DNA of 64,000 nt from the human T2T-CHM13v2.0 reference genome, Homo sapiens: the NCBI RefSeq assembly GCF_009914755.1, contig NC_060926.1, one strand, 5' to 3'. Positions 16,624 to 34,510 of the stretch are shown in pieces (position 1 is the stretch's first letter; every line of letters begins with the position of its first letter). The position numbers and the translations under genes are program-made. A model generated the notes under the pieces. It was not told where the DNA came from. It worked only from the letters and a program-made list of their open reading frames with translations, and did not search any database.

Positions 16624-16991
16624 CTAAAATGTTTTCTGCACATTCACATTAAACAATACAGGCTAAGAATCCTGGAGCTAGCACTACAGTACTCAAGCCA
16701 TTATTTCAAATTAAAAAGGAGAATGATAATTAAAAATACTAGCATTTGGTGTTGGAAGCATAGCTTTTATCTAAGGACATCAAAGCAACTTTTGAACATC
16801 TATTAATTATAGCCTTTCTAAACTATCCTGTTTACTGTAGCAAAACACAAGCATGAAAATAATTACACTGTACCCTGCTAACACACAAAATATGATTAAG
16901 AACTATTTGTAACTAATATTCAATAATTACAATAAATTAAGATATAATAACAAAAGTTACTTTGGATAAAGTACTTCAATATGAAAAGTAA

Positions 16992-17385
<394 letters not shown>

Positions 17386-17483
17386 TAAGCAAATACTATA
17401 AACAAAGTAACAAATGTAAGCAAAGCATATTATTTTCAGCTAATTTAGATATACTTGATGTTAAATTCAAAAAGGAGGCAAGA

Positions 17484-17772
17484 GGCCAGGTGCAGTGACT
17501 CACGCCTGTAAATCCCAGCACTTTGGGAGGCCAAGGCGGACAGATCACTCGAGGTCAGGAGTTCGAGACCAGCCTGGCCAACATGGGGAATCCCCCTCTC
17601 TACTGAAAATACAAAAATTAGCTGGGTGTGGCGGCAAGTGCCTATAATCTCAGCTACTCAGGAGGCTGAGGCAGGAGAACTGCTTGAACCTGGGAGGCAG
17701 AGGTTGTAGTGAGCGAGATCACACCATTGCACTCTAGCCTGGGTGATAAAGGAAGGCTCCATCAAAAAAAAA
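17484..17772 (+). mobile_element. AluS
   Basis: Full dimer. Confidence 0.95.
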
Positions 17773-17824
17773 GAGGCAACAATATGCCAGAAAAAACTGC
17801 AATCTGGGAGGACATGAAAAAAAC

Positions 17825-18365
17825 AGAATTTACAGTGTACCTACAATGTGTCAGGCACACTACTGGGTTCTTTAAAATATGTTATCTTGGGCCAGCCATG
17901 GTGGCTCACGCCTATAATCCCAGCACTTTGGGAGGCCTAGGCAGGCGAATTGCTTGAGCTCCGGATTTCAAGACCAGCCTGGGCAACACAGTGAGACTCT
18001 GTCTCTATAAAAAATTTAAAAAAAAACAAAAAAAAACTAGCTAGGCATGGTTACACACACCTATAGCCCCAGCTACTCAGGAAGCTGAGGTGGGAGGATC
18101 ATTTGTGCCTGGGAGGCAGAGGGTGCAGTGACCCAAGATCGTGCTACTATACTGCAGCCTGGGTGACAAAGTGAGACCCTGACTCAAAAAAAAAAAAAGT
18201 TATCCTGGTTAACTGTCACAGTAATCCTATGACATAGTTATTATCTGTAGTTTATAAATAAACCAAAAAAATCAAGTTTCCTCAAGGTCACATGACTAGT
18301 AAATGGCAATGCTAAGAATCTGAGCCATTTTAGTCTGGCTCTGAACTCCCACTATAGCATGCTGA
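17825..18365 (-). mobile_element. MIR, split by an AluJ
   Basis: 'cctacaatgtgtcaggcac', 'ctcaaggtcacatgactagtaaatggc'. Confidence 0.65.
17890..18198 (+). mobile_element. AluJ
   Basis: J-type dimer. Confidence 0.92.
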
Positions 18366-18515
18366 CGACTCTAAGACCAAGTCATTCCCAATAACTAGAT
18401 CTGGCCCTCTGTTTCCTTTTCTGTAAAAAAAAAAAATGAAGAGGATAAACTCAATTGCGTCTGTAATTCAGTTGTTATACTAAGAGGTAAAATTGTTCAG
18501 GTTGATACAAAGAAT

Positions 18516-18835
18516 GGCCAGGAATGGTGGTTTACACCTGTAATCCCACCATTCTGGGAGGCCAAGGCGAGAGGATTGAGTCCAGGAGGTCGAGACCAGC
18601 CTGGGCAACACAGTGGTGAAACCCCATCTCTACTAAAAACACAAAAAATTGGCTGGGTGTGGTGGCATGCACCTGTAATCCCAGCTATTCAGAAGGCTGA
18701 GGTAGGAGAATCACCTGAGCCTGGGGAAGTCGAGGCTGCAGTGAGCCAAGATCATGCCACTGCACTCCAGCCTGAGTAACCAGAGTGAGACTCTGCCAAA
18801 AAAGAAGAAAAGAAAAGAAAGAAGAGAGAGAGAGA
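18516..18835 (+). mobile_element. AluJb-like
   Basis: Dimer with A/GA tail. Confidence 0.92.
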
Positions 18836-19180
18836 TAACTATAAACCACGTGTATCCATTTTACTAGGTATGACTCTGTGCTGTAAGTTTTCATTCTATG
18901 CTTCTCTCAAGTACTTTATCAGAAACAAACATCAATATGACACTGACAGAGTAAACACCAAAAACCTCCTTCCCAAAAGTGAGAAAAGGCATCTAAAAAT
19001 TAAGTATAAGATAATGTAATCACTTTTAAGAAATTACACCTTTCCAAATGAAAAAACACTAAAAGTAAAGCTTTGAAAAGTATGAATCTCAAAGTGTTTT
19101 CATCATCAAAAGTATCATCAAAGGGCATTCATTGACTGACAACAATATTTAGGGCAGGAAATGTACAAAATGAGCCTGGA

Positions 19181-19799
19181 TGTGACAGTTAATTTTATGT
19201 GTTGACTTAACTGGACCAGAGGGTGCCCAGACATTTGGTCAAGCATTTTTCTGGATGTATCTGTGAGAGTATTTCTAGATAAGATTAACATTTCAATCAG
19301 CAGACTAAGTAAAGCAGATTATCCTCCCTATGTGGGTAGGCCCCACCTCATCAGTTGAAGGCCTGCCTAAAACAAAAAGGTTGACCCTCCCCCAAGTAAG
19401 ACAGAACTAATTCCTCCTGACTAAGCCTTCAAGCAACAACATCAGATTTCTTCTGCCTTCACCTTCAAACTGAAATATTGGCTCTTCCTAAGTCTTGAGT
19501 CAACCAACCCATCCTCAGTCTCTAACTACACCATTAGCTCTCCCATTTCTTAGGGCTTCAGACTCAAAGTGAAACCGCACCGTCAGCTCTCCTGGGTCTC
19601 CAGCTTGCTGACTGCACATCTTGGCACTTGTCAGCCCTCCATAATGGCATGAGTCAATTCCAAATAAATCTCTTTCTATATTGAAGATAAACAGATCTAC
19701 AGATAGGGATACAGATAGATATAGATACAAATATAGTTATAAAGGTGTAGACACACATACCCTACTGGTTCTGTTTCTCTGAAGGACACTGACTAATAC
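19181..19799 (+). mobile_element. MLT2D-like ERVL solo LTR
   Basis: Starts 'tgtgacagttaattttatgtgttgactt', ends 'tggttctgtttctctgaaggacactgactaatac'. Confidence 0.85.
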
Positions 19800-20205
19800 T
19801 CCAAGAAGCAAGGAAAGCTAAAATATCTATGACAGGTGAAAACAAAATATTCCCCAGTTACTTTTGGACAATGGTAGGAAACAAATTCATTATTTGGAAA
19901 ACTGGTAAATAAAAGAAAAAGGTCAAGCATTATTTATCCTTTTTCTATATGAACTGTGTAGGGTTTTTTGGCAGGTGACGGGGGTGTGACCAAATAGTCA
20001 AGGTTGGGAAGTATTCCTTTAGATAAGTATTATAGATAATAAATGAAGGTAGAAGGATAAAATATCACCACTTTGCAAGCCCTAATAAATCAATAGATAA
20101 AAACAATGTTCATGAATGGCTGCCAATAGCACCACACCAAGAGAGTCAGGCATTCTCTATTTCCTGACATAAAAACAAAAAGCCTGACTGATCAGTTCTC
20201 TAAAT

Positions 20206-20525
20206 CTGTGCTGTTCAATACAGGAGTCACTAGCCACATACTGCTACTGGGTACTTGAAATGTGGCTAATACTGAGATGTGCTATAAGTATAAAATACAC
20301 ACCAAATTTCTAAGATTCATACCATAAAAAGAATGCAATATACTTCATTAATTTCATTGATTATATGTTGAAATAATAACATTGTGGATATACTGGGTCA
20401 AATAAAAGTATTATTCAAACCAATTTTACCCGTTTCTTTTCACTTTTTAAAAAAGTATATATGGAAAAATTCAAATTATATATGGCTTAAATTTATGGCT
20501 TATGTTATATTAGACAGGAATACTC
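20206..20525. mobile_element. MER33 hAT-Charlie MITE
   Basis: 'gtgctgttcaata...cactagccacat...cttgaaatgtggcta', 'aaaatacacaccaaatttc'. Confidence 0.75.
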
Positions 20526-20823
20526 TAAATCAAATTACCAAATTGTATAAAATACATGAGACAGAAAAACGTTGAACACCATCACAGCCTCCACGGTATG
20601 AGGATGTCTGAAAGTCAAAACCCAGTTTCTTTATACATACACATACACGTACACAAACACACACACAAACACAGTTTTTTTTTTAATGCAAGAAAACGAG
20701 AAAGTGAGATAGAGGTGAAATGTGTAGATTAAAGACTTAACAGACATACCAACTAATTAAAATGTATGGGGTCTTACATGAATCTCAAGCAGTTTAAAAA
20801 GAAATTATAAAAATCACCGAGTA

Positions 20824-21160
<337 letters not shown>

Positions 21161-21340
21161 AAAAATCACTGAGTAGACAGGAAGGAACTGTTGTTTTTAC
21201 AGTGATAATAGTATTGTGGTTATGTTTTAAATTTTTACAAAATAGTTTCTTTTTTTATTTGTATTCCCTTCTTTTCACAGGTGTTCAAGTTTCTTTTAGA
21301 GCTATATACTGGAATGTCTGCAGATGAAATGATATGGTGA

Positions 21341-21785
<445 letters not shown>

Positions 21786-21959
21786 CTAATGCTGGGAGGC
21801 AACTATAAAGGGGTACAGATGAAACAAGTCAGCCATAGGATAACAATCTTGTAAATGGGGTAAATGAGGGTTCATTACAGTGTTCTTTCCACTGTTACAG
21901 AACCACAATTTTAGAGTTGGAAAGAATATTATAAATGAGAACAAAGTAAATATAAGGGA

Positions 21960-22470
21960 AAGAAATGAAGATAAAGCCAGAAATACCTGGGTATGTGACC
22001 TAAACAAAACTCTTTTAAGTTTCAGTTTCCTTATCTATAAAAATGAGGATAAAAAGGAATGAGATCATGTCCTTTGCAGGGACATGGATGAAGTTGGAAG
22101 CCATCATCCTCAGCAAACTAATGCAAGAACAGAAAACCAAACACTGCATGTTCTCACTTATAAGTAGGAGCTGAACAATGAGAACACATGGACACAGGGA
22201 GGGGAACAAACACACTGTGGCCTGTCAGGGGGTTGTGGGAGGGACAGCATTAGGAAAAATAGCTAATGCATGCCGGGCTTAATACCGAGGTGATGGGTTG
22301 ACAGGTGCAGCAAACCACCATGGCATACGTTTACAACAAACCTGCACATCCTACACATGTACCTTAGAACTTATAATAAAATAAAATTAAAATTTTTAAA
22401 ATGAGGATAAAACACTTACTTTATATGGAGTGGTTAAGCATTAAATGGAATAACACATATTAAACATATG
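21960..22470 (+). mobile_element. MIR, split by an L1PA insertion
   Basis: 'tcagtttccttatctataaaaatgaggata' resumes as 'acacttactttata...ttaaatggaataacacat'. Confidence 0.65.
22055..22397 (+). mobile_element. 5'-truncated L1PA (about PA13-like) 3' end
   Basis: Canonical L1PA 3'UTR; TSD aaaatgaggataaaa (22040-22054 / 22398-22412). Confidence 0.9.
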
Positions 22471-22724
22471 TTTGCTAAAAGCCAACTCTTTCCACCCTTT
22501 CCTAAAGTACTAAACAAACAAGAGCTCAACTGGCCCAATCTCCTCATTCAAAAAGTGAGAAAACTAGCAAAAATTCTCACAAGTCTAAATGCAGTTAGCG
22601 CCTCTTTCCAACTACCATCCCTTCATTCCCACATAATACATTACAAAAATGGCTCTGTATACCTCCACTGTTTAAATAGAGACTTATTTTAGGATGAACA
22701 GAATTTTACTAAGTTCTCACTTAC

Positions 22725-22795
22725 CAGCCAGTGTCAGTTACCACTACTGGTTATTCGGTGATCTGTCATTAGAGTTTGAAGCAGACACCTTTCTT
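22725..22795 (-). other. Candidate 71-nt non-coding (5'UTR or poison) cassette exon
   Basis: Acceptor 'tacttactattcatctttcag|AAG', donor 'CTG|gtaagt'; stop codons in all three frames. Confidence 0.4.
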
Positions 22796-22857
22796 CTGAA
22801 AGATGAATAGTAAGTATGAACTGTCTTTAATAACTATTTGCCATTAAAACTAGGTCT

Positions 22858-23287
<430 letters not shown>

Positions 23288-23484
23288 TCAAATTACGAAT
23301 ACTTTGTCATCTCTATACGTTCAAACTTTTTCTATAATAACCAAGTATTTTTATAATTTAAAAAAGCTTTGTATAAATATAGGATAATACAGGACTTTGT
23401 TCTATAAAGGACAGAAATAGTAATCCATACTAAACTGTTTTGTAGTTATTGACATAATTTCATTAAATAAAAATTGCTGTCTGA

Positions 23485-23831
<347 letters not shown>

Positions 23832-23867
23832 AATAGTCAGTAACTATTTTTAATAAAAGTATAATTT

Positions 23868-24152
23868 TTTCTTTGAGACAGGGTCTTGCTGTGTCACCTG
23901 GCCTGGAGTGCAGTGGCATAATTATGACTCACTGCAGCCTTGACCTCCGGGCTCAAGCAATCCTCCCATGTCAGCCTTCCAAGTAACTGGGGACTGCAGG
24001 CATGCACCATCACACCTGGCTAATTATTTTTTGTAGAGACAAGGTTTCACGATATTGTCCAAGCTGGTCTCAAACTCCTGGGCTCAAGTGATCCATCCAG
24101 CTTGGCCTCCAAAAGTGCTGGGACAACAGGGCATGAGCCACCATGCCCGGCC
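23868..24152 (-). mobile_element. AluJ
   Basis: Antisense dimer, TSD taataaaagtataattt. Confidence 0.92.
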
Positions 24153-24182
24153 TAATAAAAGTATAATTTCTTAGTAAAACTT

Positions 24183-24267
24183 AATAGATTTTTGAAAATG
24201 TGTGTTTGTGTTTAGTGGGAGGTTTTTTCCCCACTAAACACAGACATGCATTTTTTAAAAATTGTTT
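24183..24267. repeat. Short-loop inverted repeat (25-bp core stem)
   Basis: aaaatgtgtgtttgtgtttagtggg (24195-24219) vs cccactaaacacagacatgcatttt (24230-24254). Confidence 0.9.
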
Positions 24268-25671
24268 ATGTAAAGTACAGAAAGTAGTTATTGTGCAATT
24301 ATTATAACCTCTATCTTCAAATATTATCTTGGAGAGTCATCTGAGGCCTTGGAAGAATGAGAGACTGACCAACATACTTAGATAATAAGAATCAAAACTC
24401 GCAATGATGGGTAAGCATTTTTCTGGAGAAAAAGAAAAATGGAAGTAAAAACTCACAATGGCCAACCAAAAGTCAGGAGTCCTGTGTGTCTCAATCTGTA
24501 GGTCAAGAGCCAAATAGAATAGAATTAGCTGCTGTGCTTAATAAAAATTAAGACTCTCCAAAGGCTGACCCAGAAAGACTGAAGCAGAATTTCTGGGAGC
24601 GTTCTCAAACCAATGAACATCTGTCTGAGCCAGTTTCCTCATCTATAAAAAAAGGAATGATGAAAATGCTTTGTAGGGGAAATACGGGAATAGGATGCAT
24701 CTGCAGATCTGAGCTCCTTCTGGCTTCAACTAACACCAAGGGACCCAAAGATGTCTACACCCAAGTGGGGCTGACTGCAAACACTTCCACCATGGAATGG
24801 TAGAACTATGTTCAGGAGCTGTCATGCTGATAACCCGACCCAGAATTCCCTAAGTCCTGAACTATTTGCCACTACTAATAGTATGAGTAGATTTCTAGTA
24901 TTATGGACACCTCCTGGTAGCAAACAGTCCAGTTAATTAATGTGCAGCCTCTGTTCTGTTAGTGACCAAATTGCACAAGGACAAGTCCCCCAAGAAGTGT
25001 CAGATTAATTACAAAGGAGGTCTCCTTTTCTTTCAATTGTTTCCCTGACAACAAAACTACTCTTCAGTCCATATCCTTGCATTCCAATCTCCATGCTTTC
25101 CCGAAAATTCCTAACATATAAATTAAGTGTTCCGTTTGTTTCACAATTCAATGTCTATTTGTTTGTTTTCATTCAAATTTGTCATTGTTGTCCATCATAG
25201 ATGGACATCACAGAATTTTAGATAGTAAATATGTTCTCTAAAGAGGACACTTCCATTCCATTTTTAACTCTTTCTTCTCATAAACTAGAAAATACTTTAA
25301 AAGTCCTGATGCAGTTTACAGCATATTTATAATAAAATTGTTAATTTTAAAGTAAAAGTTAAAAAAATGGTTGATAAACTAAGAAGTTTAAAATACCAAA
25401 CAAGTAGGTAAGTAGACTACCATATGTGCATAATATATATTATTAATACTAATAATGTGATTTTAAATAAATGATATGGACAAACCAATTTTCCCAATAA
25501 TGTCTATTCCATACACAGGAAAATCTAGTCACTATATCCAACTGGCCATTTGATAAGTAAGACTATATTAAATACACAGGAAACTTTCTGGCAGGATTCC
25601 TAATCTCCAATATTTCAGCACCAAGTCTCATGTTAGACTTACTGGTAAGTGATTTAAGCAGGCTACAAAGC

Positions 25672-25878
25672 TATATATATATATATATCCTGCTTTATAC
25701 ATAATATATATACACATATATACATGTGTGATATGTGTGTATATATACACATTATACATATATATGTGATACGTGTATATATATACACATGTGTATATAT
25801 ATACGTGTATATACATATATACACGTATATATACATATATGTGTGTGTATACGCATATATATCACACATATGTGTATA
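25672..25878. repeat. Compound (TA/CA/TG)n low-complexity repeat
   Basis: Directly visible. Confidence 0.9.
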
Positions 25879-25982
25879 ATGATCTCATTTTTATAGACAG
25901 AAAAAAGTTTAAAAAAGATATTAGGATAACAAGTGACTTATTTCAGCTTTATATTTATCTATACTTTCTAAATCTTTTCTGG

Positions 25983-25996
25983 GTGTGTGTGTGTGT

Positions 25997-26042
<46 letters not shown>
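25983..26042. repeat. (GT)n microsatellite forming the tail of an AluJ
   Basis: About 30 GT units with one interruption. Confidence 0.95.
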
Positions 26043-26044
<2 letters not shown>

Positions 26045-26302
26045 AAGACAGGCTCTCTCTGTTGCCCAGGCTGGAGTGCAATGGCACAATCACTGTAACC
26101 TCAAACTCCTGGAAACAAGCAACCCTCCCACCTCAGCCTCCCAAGTACCTGGGACTACAGGGATGCATCACTACACCCAACTAACTTTTTTTTTTTTTAA
26201 GACAAGGGATCTTACTATATTGCCCAGTCTGGTCTCAAGCAATCCTCCCACCTTGGCCCCCCAAAATGCTGGGATTATAGGCGTGAGCCACTGTGCCTGG
26301 CC
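26043..26302 (-). mobile_element. AluJ
   Basis: Antisense, with deletions. Confidence 0.9.
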
Positions 26303-26358
26303 ACGGTATTTTCTAAATTTTCTATAACTTACCTGAATTACTTTTGTAATAAATATAA

Positions 26359-26676
<318 letters not shown>

Positions 26677-27129
26677 TCTCTTTCGTAATTTTCAGTAGCC
26701 CTCTCTCCAGAGGGACAATTCTGCCCCTGTGATCTCACGACAATTTTACGTTTGCTACAGTAATCTTATTATGGTATTAGAAAATGTAGCTTGTTTAAAG
26801 GACATAATTCTAATTTAGTTGATCTCAGCCTCGTTTTTATTTTAGCCAACTACTCAAGCAGTTTCATGGTTTTTTATTGAATCAAACATTTATTAAACAC
26901 CTATTCTATGTTAGACACTGTTATACAACCTGGCTTCCTGATGAGTCTTAGGTTTACTATCTGTTATCATCTTTTTTTTAACCAAACTGTATAGTTCTCA
27001 TTGACACGCAAAATGCACTATCATTCCCACCAGGATGAAGCAAAAAAAAAAAAGCACAAATGCATACACAAAACACTTTTTATTAATACCACTGACCACT
27101 TTAACAACATTGCAGGTTCAAAGATATTC

Positions 27130-27448
<319 letters not shown>

Positions 27449-27663
27449 TTAGACCAAAAGAGTTTAACTCTCTCCAAAAGCCACCTTAATATTTTGCTGT
27501 TGTTACATTTTCAGATGTTTTAATTTACTCATTGATGCATTCATATGGATCTCTTACCATCTGCAGGATATGTTTGCTGTTAAATTATAAAGATTGTAGG
27601 CCCTCTTTCTTAGGCATAAACCTAACATAGGCACAGTCACCCAGAAAAATGTAAGCATAAACC

Positions 27664-28075
<412 letters not shown>

Positions 28076-28093
28076 TTTAAAGAAATACAACTA

Positions 28094-28432
<339 letters not shown>

Positions 28433-28835
28433 TCAATAATATAAAATTATATCAAGCGCCTTATACTACAAGATTCAGAAAGGTGCAGACTAGGAACAGC
28501 ACTACACAAAATTATATGTGAAATACCTTTTTTTATAATAATCTCTCAAATGTTTCTATAACTGATGTAGCAGAGAGATGGTCTGGTGGTCTGATGAACC
28601 TTTCTTTGAACTCATATACAGAAAATCCAGTACAAAGTAACTTTTGGATGTTGTATTACTCATTCGTTTTTAATTCCCCACCTTCTGAAGCAAGTGAAAC
28701 AAAGCTGGCTGTGTCAAAAACATACCAAATTAAGAAATGATATAACAACAACAAAAAATTAAAAGCTCTACTTAAAAGCCAATTTAATAAAGACATTACT
28801 AATTACCTTACAGAAAAGGATAAGAGAATAGTATG

Positions 28836-29126
28836 GGCCGAATGCAGTGGCTCACCCCCATAATCCCAGCACTTTGGGAGGCCGAGGCAGGTGGATCACT
28901 TGAGGTCAGGAGTTCTAGACCAGCCTGGCCAACATGGTGAAACCCCTTCTCTACTAAAAATACCAAAATTAGCCAGGCATAGTAGTGTGCACCTGTAGTC
29001 CCAGCTACTCAGGAGGCTGAGACAGGAGAATTGCTTGAGCCCAGGAGATGGAGGTTGCAGTGAGCCAAGATCGTGCTACTGCACTCCAGCCTAGGCAACA
29101 GAGTGAGACTCCATCTCAAAAAAAAA
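28836..29126 (+). mobile_element. AluS
   Basis: Full dimer. Confidence 0.95.
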
Positions 29127-30395
<1,269 letters not shown>

Positions 30396-30871
30396 AAAGA
30401 AAAAAGACAATTTAGATAAATCTTTTTATAGGAGTTCATAAGTGTGATAAAAATAAAAAATTAGTTAAAGCAGAAACTGCTAATTGTTTCTCGCTCGCTC
30501 CCTCCCTCCCTCCCTCCAATCTTTTGTAACAGTTTAATATCATGGATATTCACAAAACATGCTAACTTCCTCTGTAATACAAAAATAGGGGCACTTCCTT
30601 TATTCACCATGTTTTTGCCTGATAATCAACAAAGTTAAATCAATTTATGACATCATTTGCAGTTAATAATTTAAATGTGCAACACTTAATGCCAATTACT
30701 ATAATATACTGGTTGGAAAATCACATTTTCAGTTTTACATTCAAAATATACTTATTTAAGAAAACCAAGGTACTTATCCCTGACAAGATGGTTTATGTAA
30801 TGAATATTTAAGGTGTTATATACTTTTCCAATGACTCAAATTTGCTTCTAAGTAAAAATTAAAACATTTGC

Positions 30872-31203
30872 GGCCGGGCACGGTGACTCACGCCTGTAAT
30901 CCCAGTATTCTGGGGGGTTGAGGCAGGTGGATCACGAGGTCAACAGATGGAGACCATCCTGGCCAACATGGTGAAAACCTGTCTCTACTAAAAACACAAA
31001 AATTAGCCGGGCATGGTTGTATGCACCTGTAGTCCCAGCTACTTGGGAGGCTGAGGCAGGAGAACCACTTGAACCCAGGGGGGCCAGGGTTGCGGGGAGG
31101 CACAGAGGTTGCAGTGAGCCAAGATTGCGCCATTGCACTTCAGCCTGGGCAACAAGAGTGAAAATACATCTCTAAAAAGACCAAAAAACAAACCAAAAAA
31201 AAA
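30872..31203 (+). mobile_element. AluSc-like with G-rich insertion at ~31078-31102
   Basis: Dimer with extra 'ggggccagggttgcggggagg'. Confidence 0.92.
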
Positions 31204-31285
31204 TTGGTAGTGAAATCATGAAAGTTCTAAGGGGTACTCTGCTGATTATTTTCTTAAGCCATAAGAGGAATACCATGAAAATTTA

Positions 31286-31618
<333 letters not shown>

Positions 31619-32299
31619 TTAGTCTGCAAAAGGAAAGTAAAACTAATGTAAAAGAATTATTTAAAAAGAAATACACATGCACACCAGTTTGGTAAGTAGG
31701 ATGATACCTAAATTATGCATTCTCCTGAGACAAAGCTCCTTTAGACAAAACTAGAGTTTGAAGAAAATTCTCATCTCCTGATCTTTGTGACGGTCAGAGG
31801 AGTCAGCAGGCAATATATAAACATTTTGGGACTTTTGGGGACCAGTTATGTAAAAGCCCATACTCCTCTTGAACCCATTCTCTATCTCCTAGACACATGG
31901 GAGGTGCCACCCAGATCTCAAGAGTACAGCACTTAGCTTCCACATCCATTAGTGTGTACCTAGAAAAAAAGACAGTAGTGTCCTAGATTCATTTCTTCCT
32001 AAGAAGCAGAACACTTTAATGATGAGCTAAGAAAGGAGTCTAAACTCTGATACATTTAAATGTGGCAAAAATCAAAAATGCTGAAAATGATGTCCAAATA
32101 AGCATTAGTGCTAACAAGTCACATTCCTAAAAATTACTAAAAAATACACTCATATATTAAAAATATAGAGACAATTAAAAAAGAACCCACAATGTCCAGA
32201 GTTGGACTGTACATACAAATCACTTTCTCTTCAAGTGGCCCATAAATTATGAATATGAAATTTTAATTCCAACTAAGACTCTTAATATAGTAAATTTCC

Positions 32300-32468
32300 T
32301 TTTTCTTTTCTTTGCTTTTTTGAGACATTCTGACTCTGTCACCCAGGCTGGAATACAGTGGCACAATCTCAGCTCACCGTAACCTCTCCCAGATTCAAGT
32401 GATTCTTCTGCCTCAGCCTCCCGAGTAGCTGGGATTCCAGATGTGCACCACCATACCCAGCTAATTTA
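32300..32468 (-). mobile_element. Alu right arm only
   Basis: Antisense, ends at linker. Confidence 0.88.
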
Positions 32469-32702
32469 ATTGCAATTACTTTTAATAAATGTTTCCCCTG
32501 AGATTAGTACTCCACAACTGAACAATGGATGAGGAAAAGATAAAGTATCAAATGGGGAAGCAAATTCTCACAGTTTAAAATTTTTAAATAGAGTTGGAAG
32601 TAGAAAAACACTAACAGCACAAAAAAGCTAAACTTAAATGCTTTCTCCATGTACATTCCAAACTTAGAAAGTATAATTCAGAACTATAAAGAATATATTT
32701 TC

Positions 32703-33000
32703 AGCCAGGCATGGTGGCTCACACCTGTAATCCCAGCACTTTGGAAGGCTGAGGAGGGCAGATGACTTGAAGCCAGGAGTTCGAAACCAGGCAGGCCAAC
32801 AGGGTGAAACTCCATCTCTACAAAAAATACAAAAATTAGCCAGGCATGGTGGCACATGCCTGTAATCCCAGCTACTCAGGAGGCTGAGGCATGAAAATCA
32901 CTTGAACCTGGGAGGCAGAGGTTGCAGTGAGCTGAAATCACACCACTGGACTCCAGTCTGGGTGACAGAGCAAGACAGTCTCAAAAAAAAAAAAGAAAGA
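32703..33000 (+). mobile_element. AluS
   Basis: Full dimer, TSD aaagaatatattttcag. Confidence 0.95.
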
Positions 33001-33858
33001 ATATATTTTCAGAACCAATATAAAGTAAGGATAATTAAATATCTCAACTGTCAAGAGAATATTCATTTCTAAAAATTCACATATTACTATGATCATAATT
33101 TTTTTGCTATTTTTGCTAATCAATACAAATATAGCTTTTTTTCTTTTAGAGAGTCTTTCATTTCCTGATGAAATTAAACACCAAAATATTTCAAGCAAGA
33201 GTATATATTTTCAGATTATAAACGAGATTTATGAGACAGGATGAACAAAATGAAAATGTTAATTAAGCAACATTACTGAGACTGCATATATGGCTTATCC
33301 TCTTTACCAGCAAGCAATTATTGAGATCTTTGTGTATATGACACTAACTACAAAAAAGCACCAGCAACAGCCGTTTCCATCAAAAGACCTATCTAGTTGG
33401 GTAAACAACTAAATAAAACAAGGTAGGATATATACAGCACCTAATAAAGGATTTAGAGTTCAGAAGAAGGAAAATGTTGGGAAGAAAAAGGGATAAACTA
33501 GAAAGCAGAAATAGAGAAGCAGAAGACGGCAGGGTATTTCAAACAGAAAGAAGCCATGAACAAAAGCATAGAAGTGGATATGACAAATTCAGTTCATGAA
33601 ACAAAAACCTGCATAGTTGAGAAAGGGAAAGCTAGAATAGCTGACCCCTTTAAAACCTAGGTTAAGCAGTTTGCTCATTTTCTGTGTAGACAGACAGTCA
33701 ATGGGGAGCCACTGAAGGTTTAGGACTTCTCATGCTTGAAAAATATTATTTACAAGAGTAACATTCAATCATGTGCACTGTATAGTTTAAGCAACATGCA
33801 TGGCTAAAATCTTTAACCTTAAGTCACAATGATGACCGCAGGAAAACAACATCTTTAA

Positions 33859-34229
<371 letters not shown>

Positions 34230-34510
34230 ATACCCTTACTTTTATTTTACACTATGAAACTTCACAAAATAAAATATGTAGTATGAGTTAAATTATTTTC
34301 TAATATTTTATATTCAAGTAAACATACATGGTTAATAATCTAGGATATTGCTTTATTAAAACTTATGCTTTATTAAAACAAACAATATGACATGGTGATT
34401 AAGAGCTCCAACTGCAGAGTCAGCTGGTTGAAAAACCAGCACCAACTACATGACTTTGAACAACCCAAGGTTCAGTTTCTTCATATGACCGCTGTATTAA
34501 AAGAGAAATG

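Noticed and set aside
24905-24923. CTCF-like motif (ctaccaggaggtgtc on -)
   Set aside because: Partial match only; not supportable without ChIP data.
25637-25651. Near-palindromic back-to-back donors acttac-tg-gtaagt
   Set aside because: Only 6-bp arms and no convincing paired acceptor.
25773-26327. 184-aa ORF
   Set aside because: Microsatellite plus AluJ translation.
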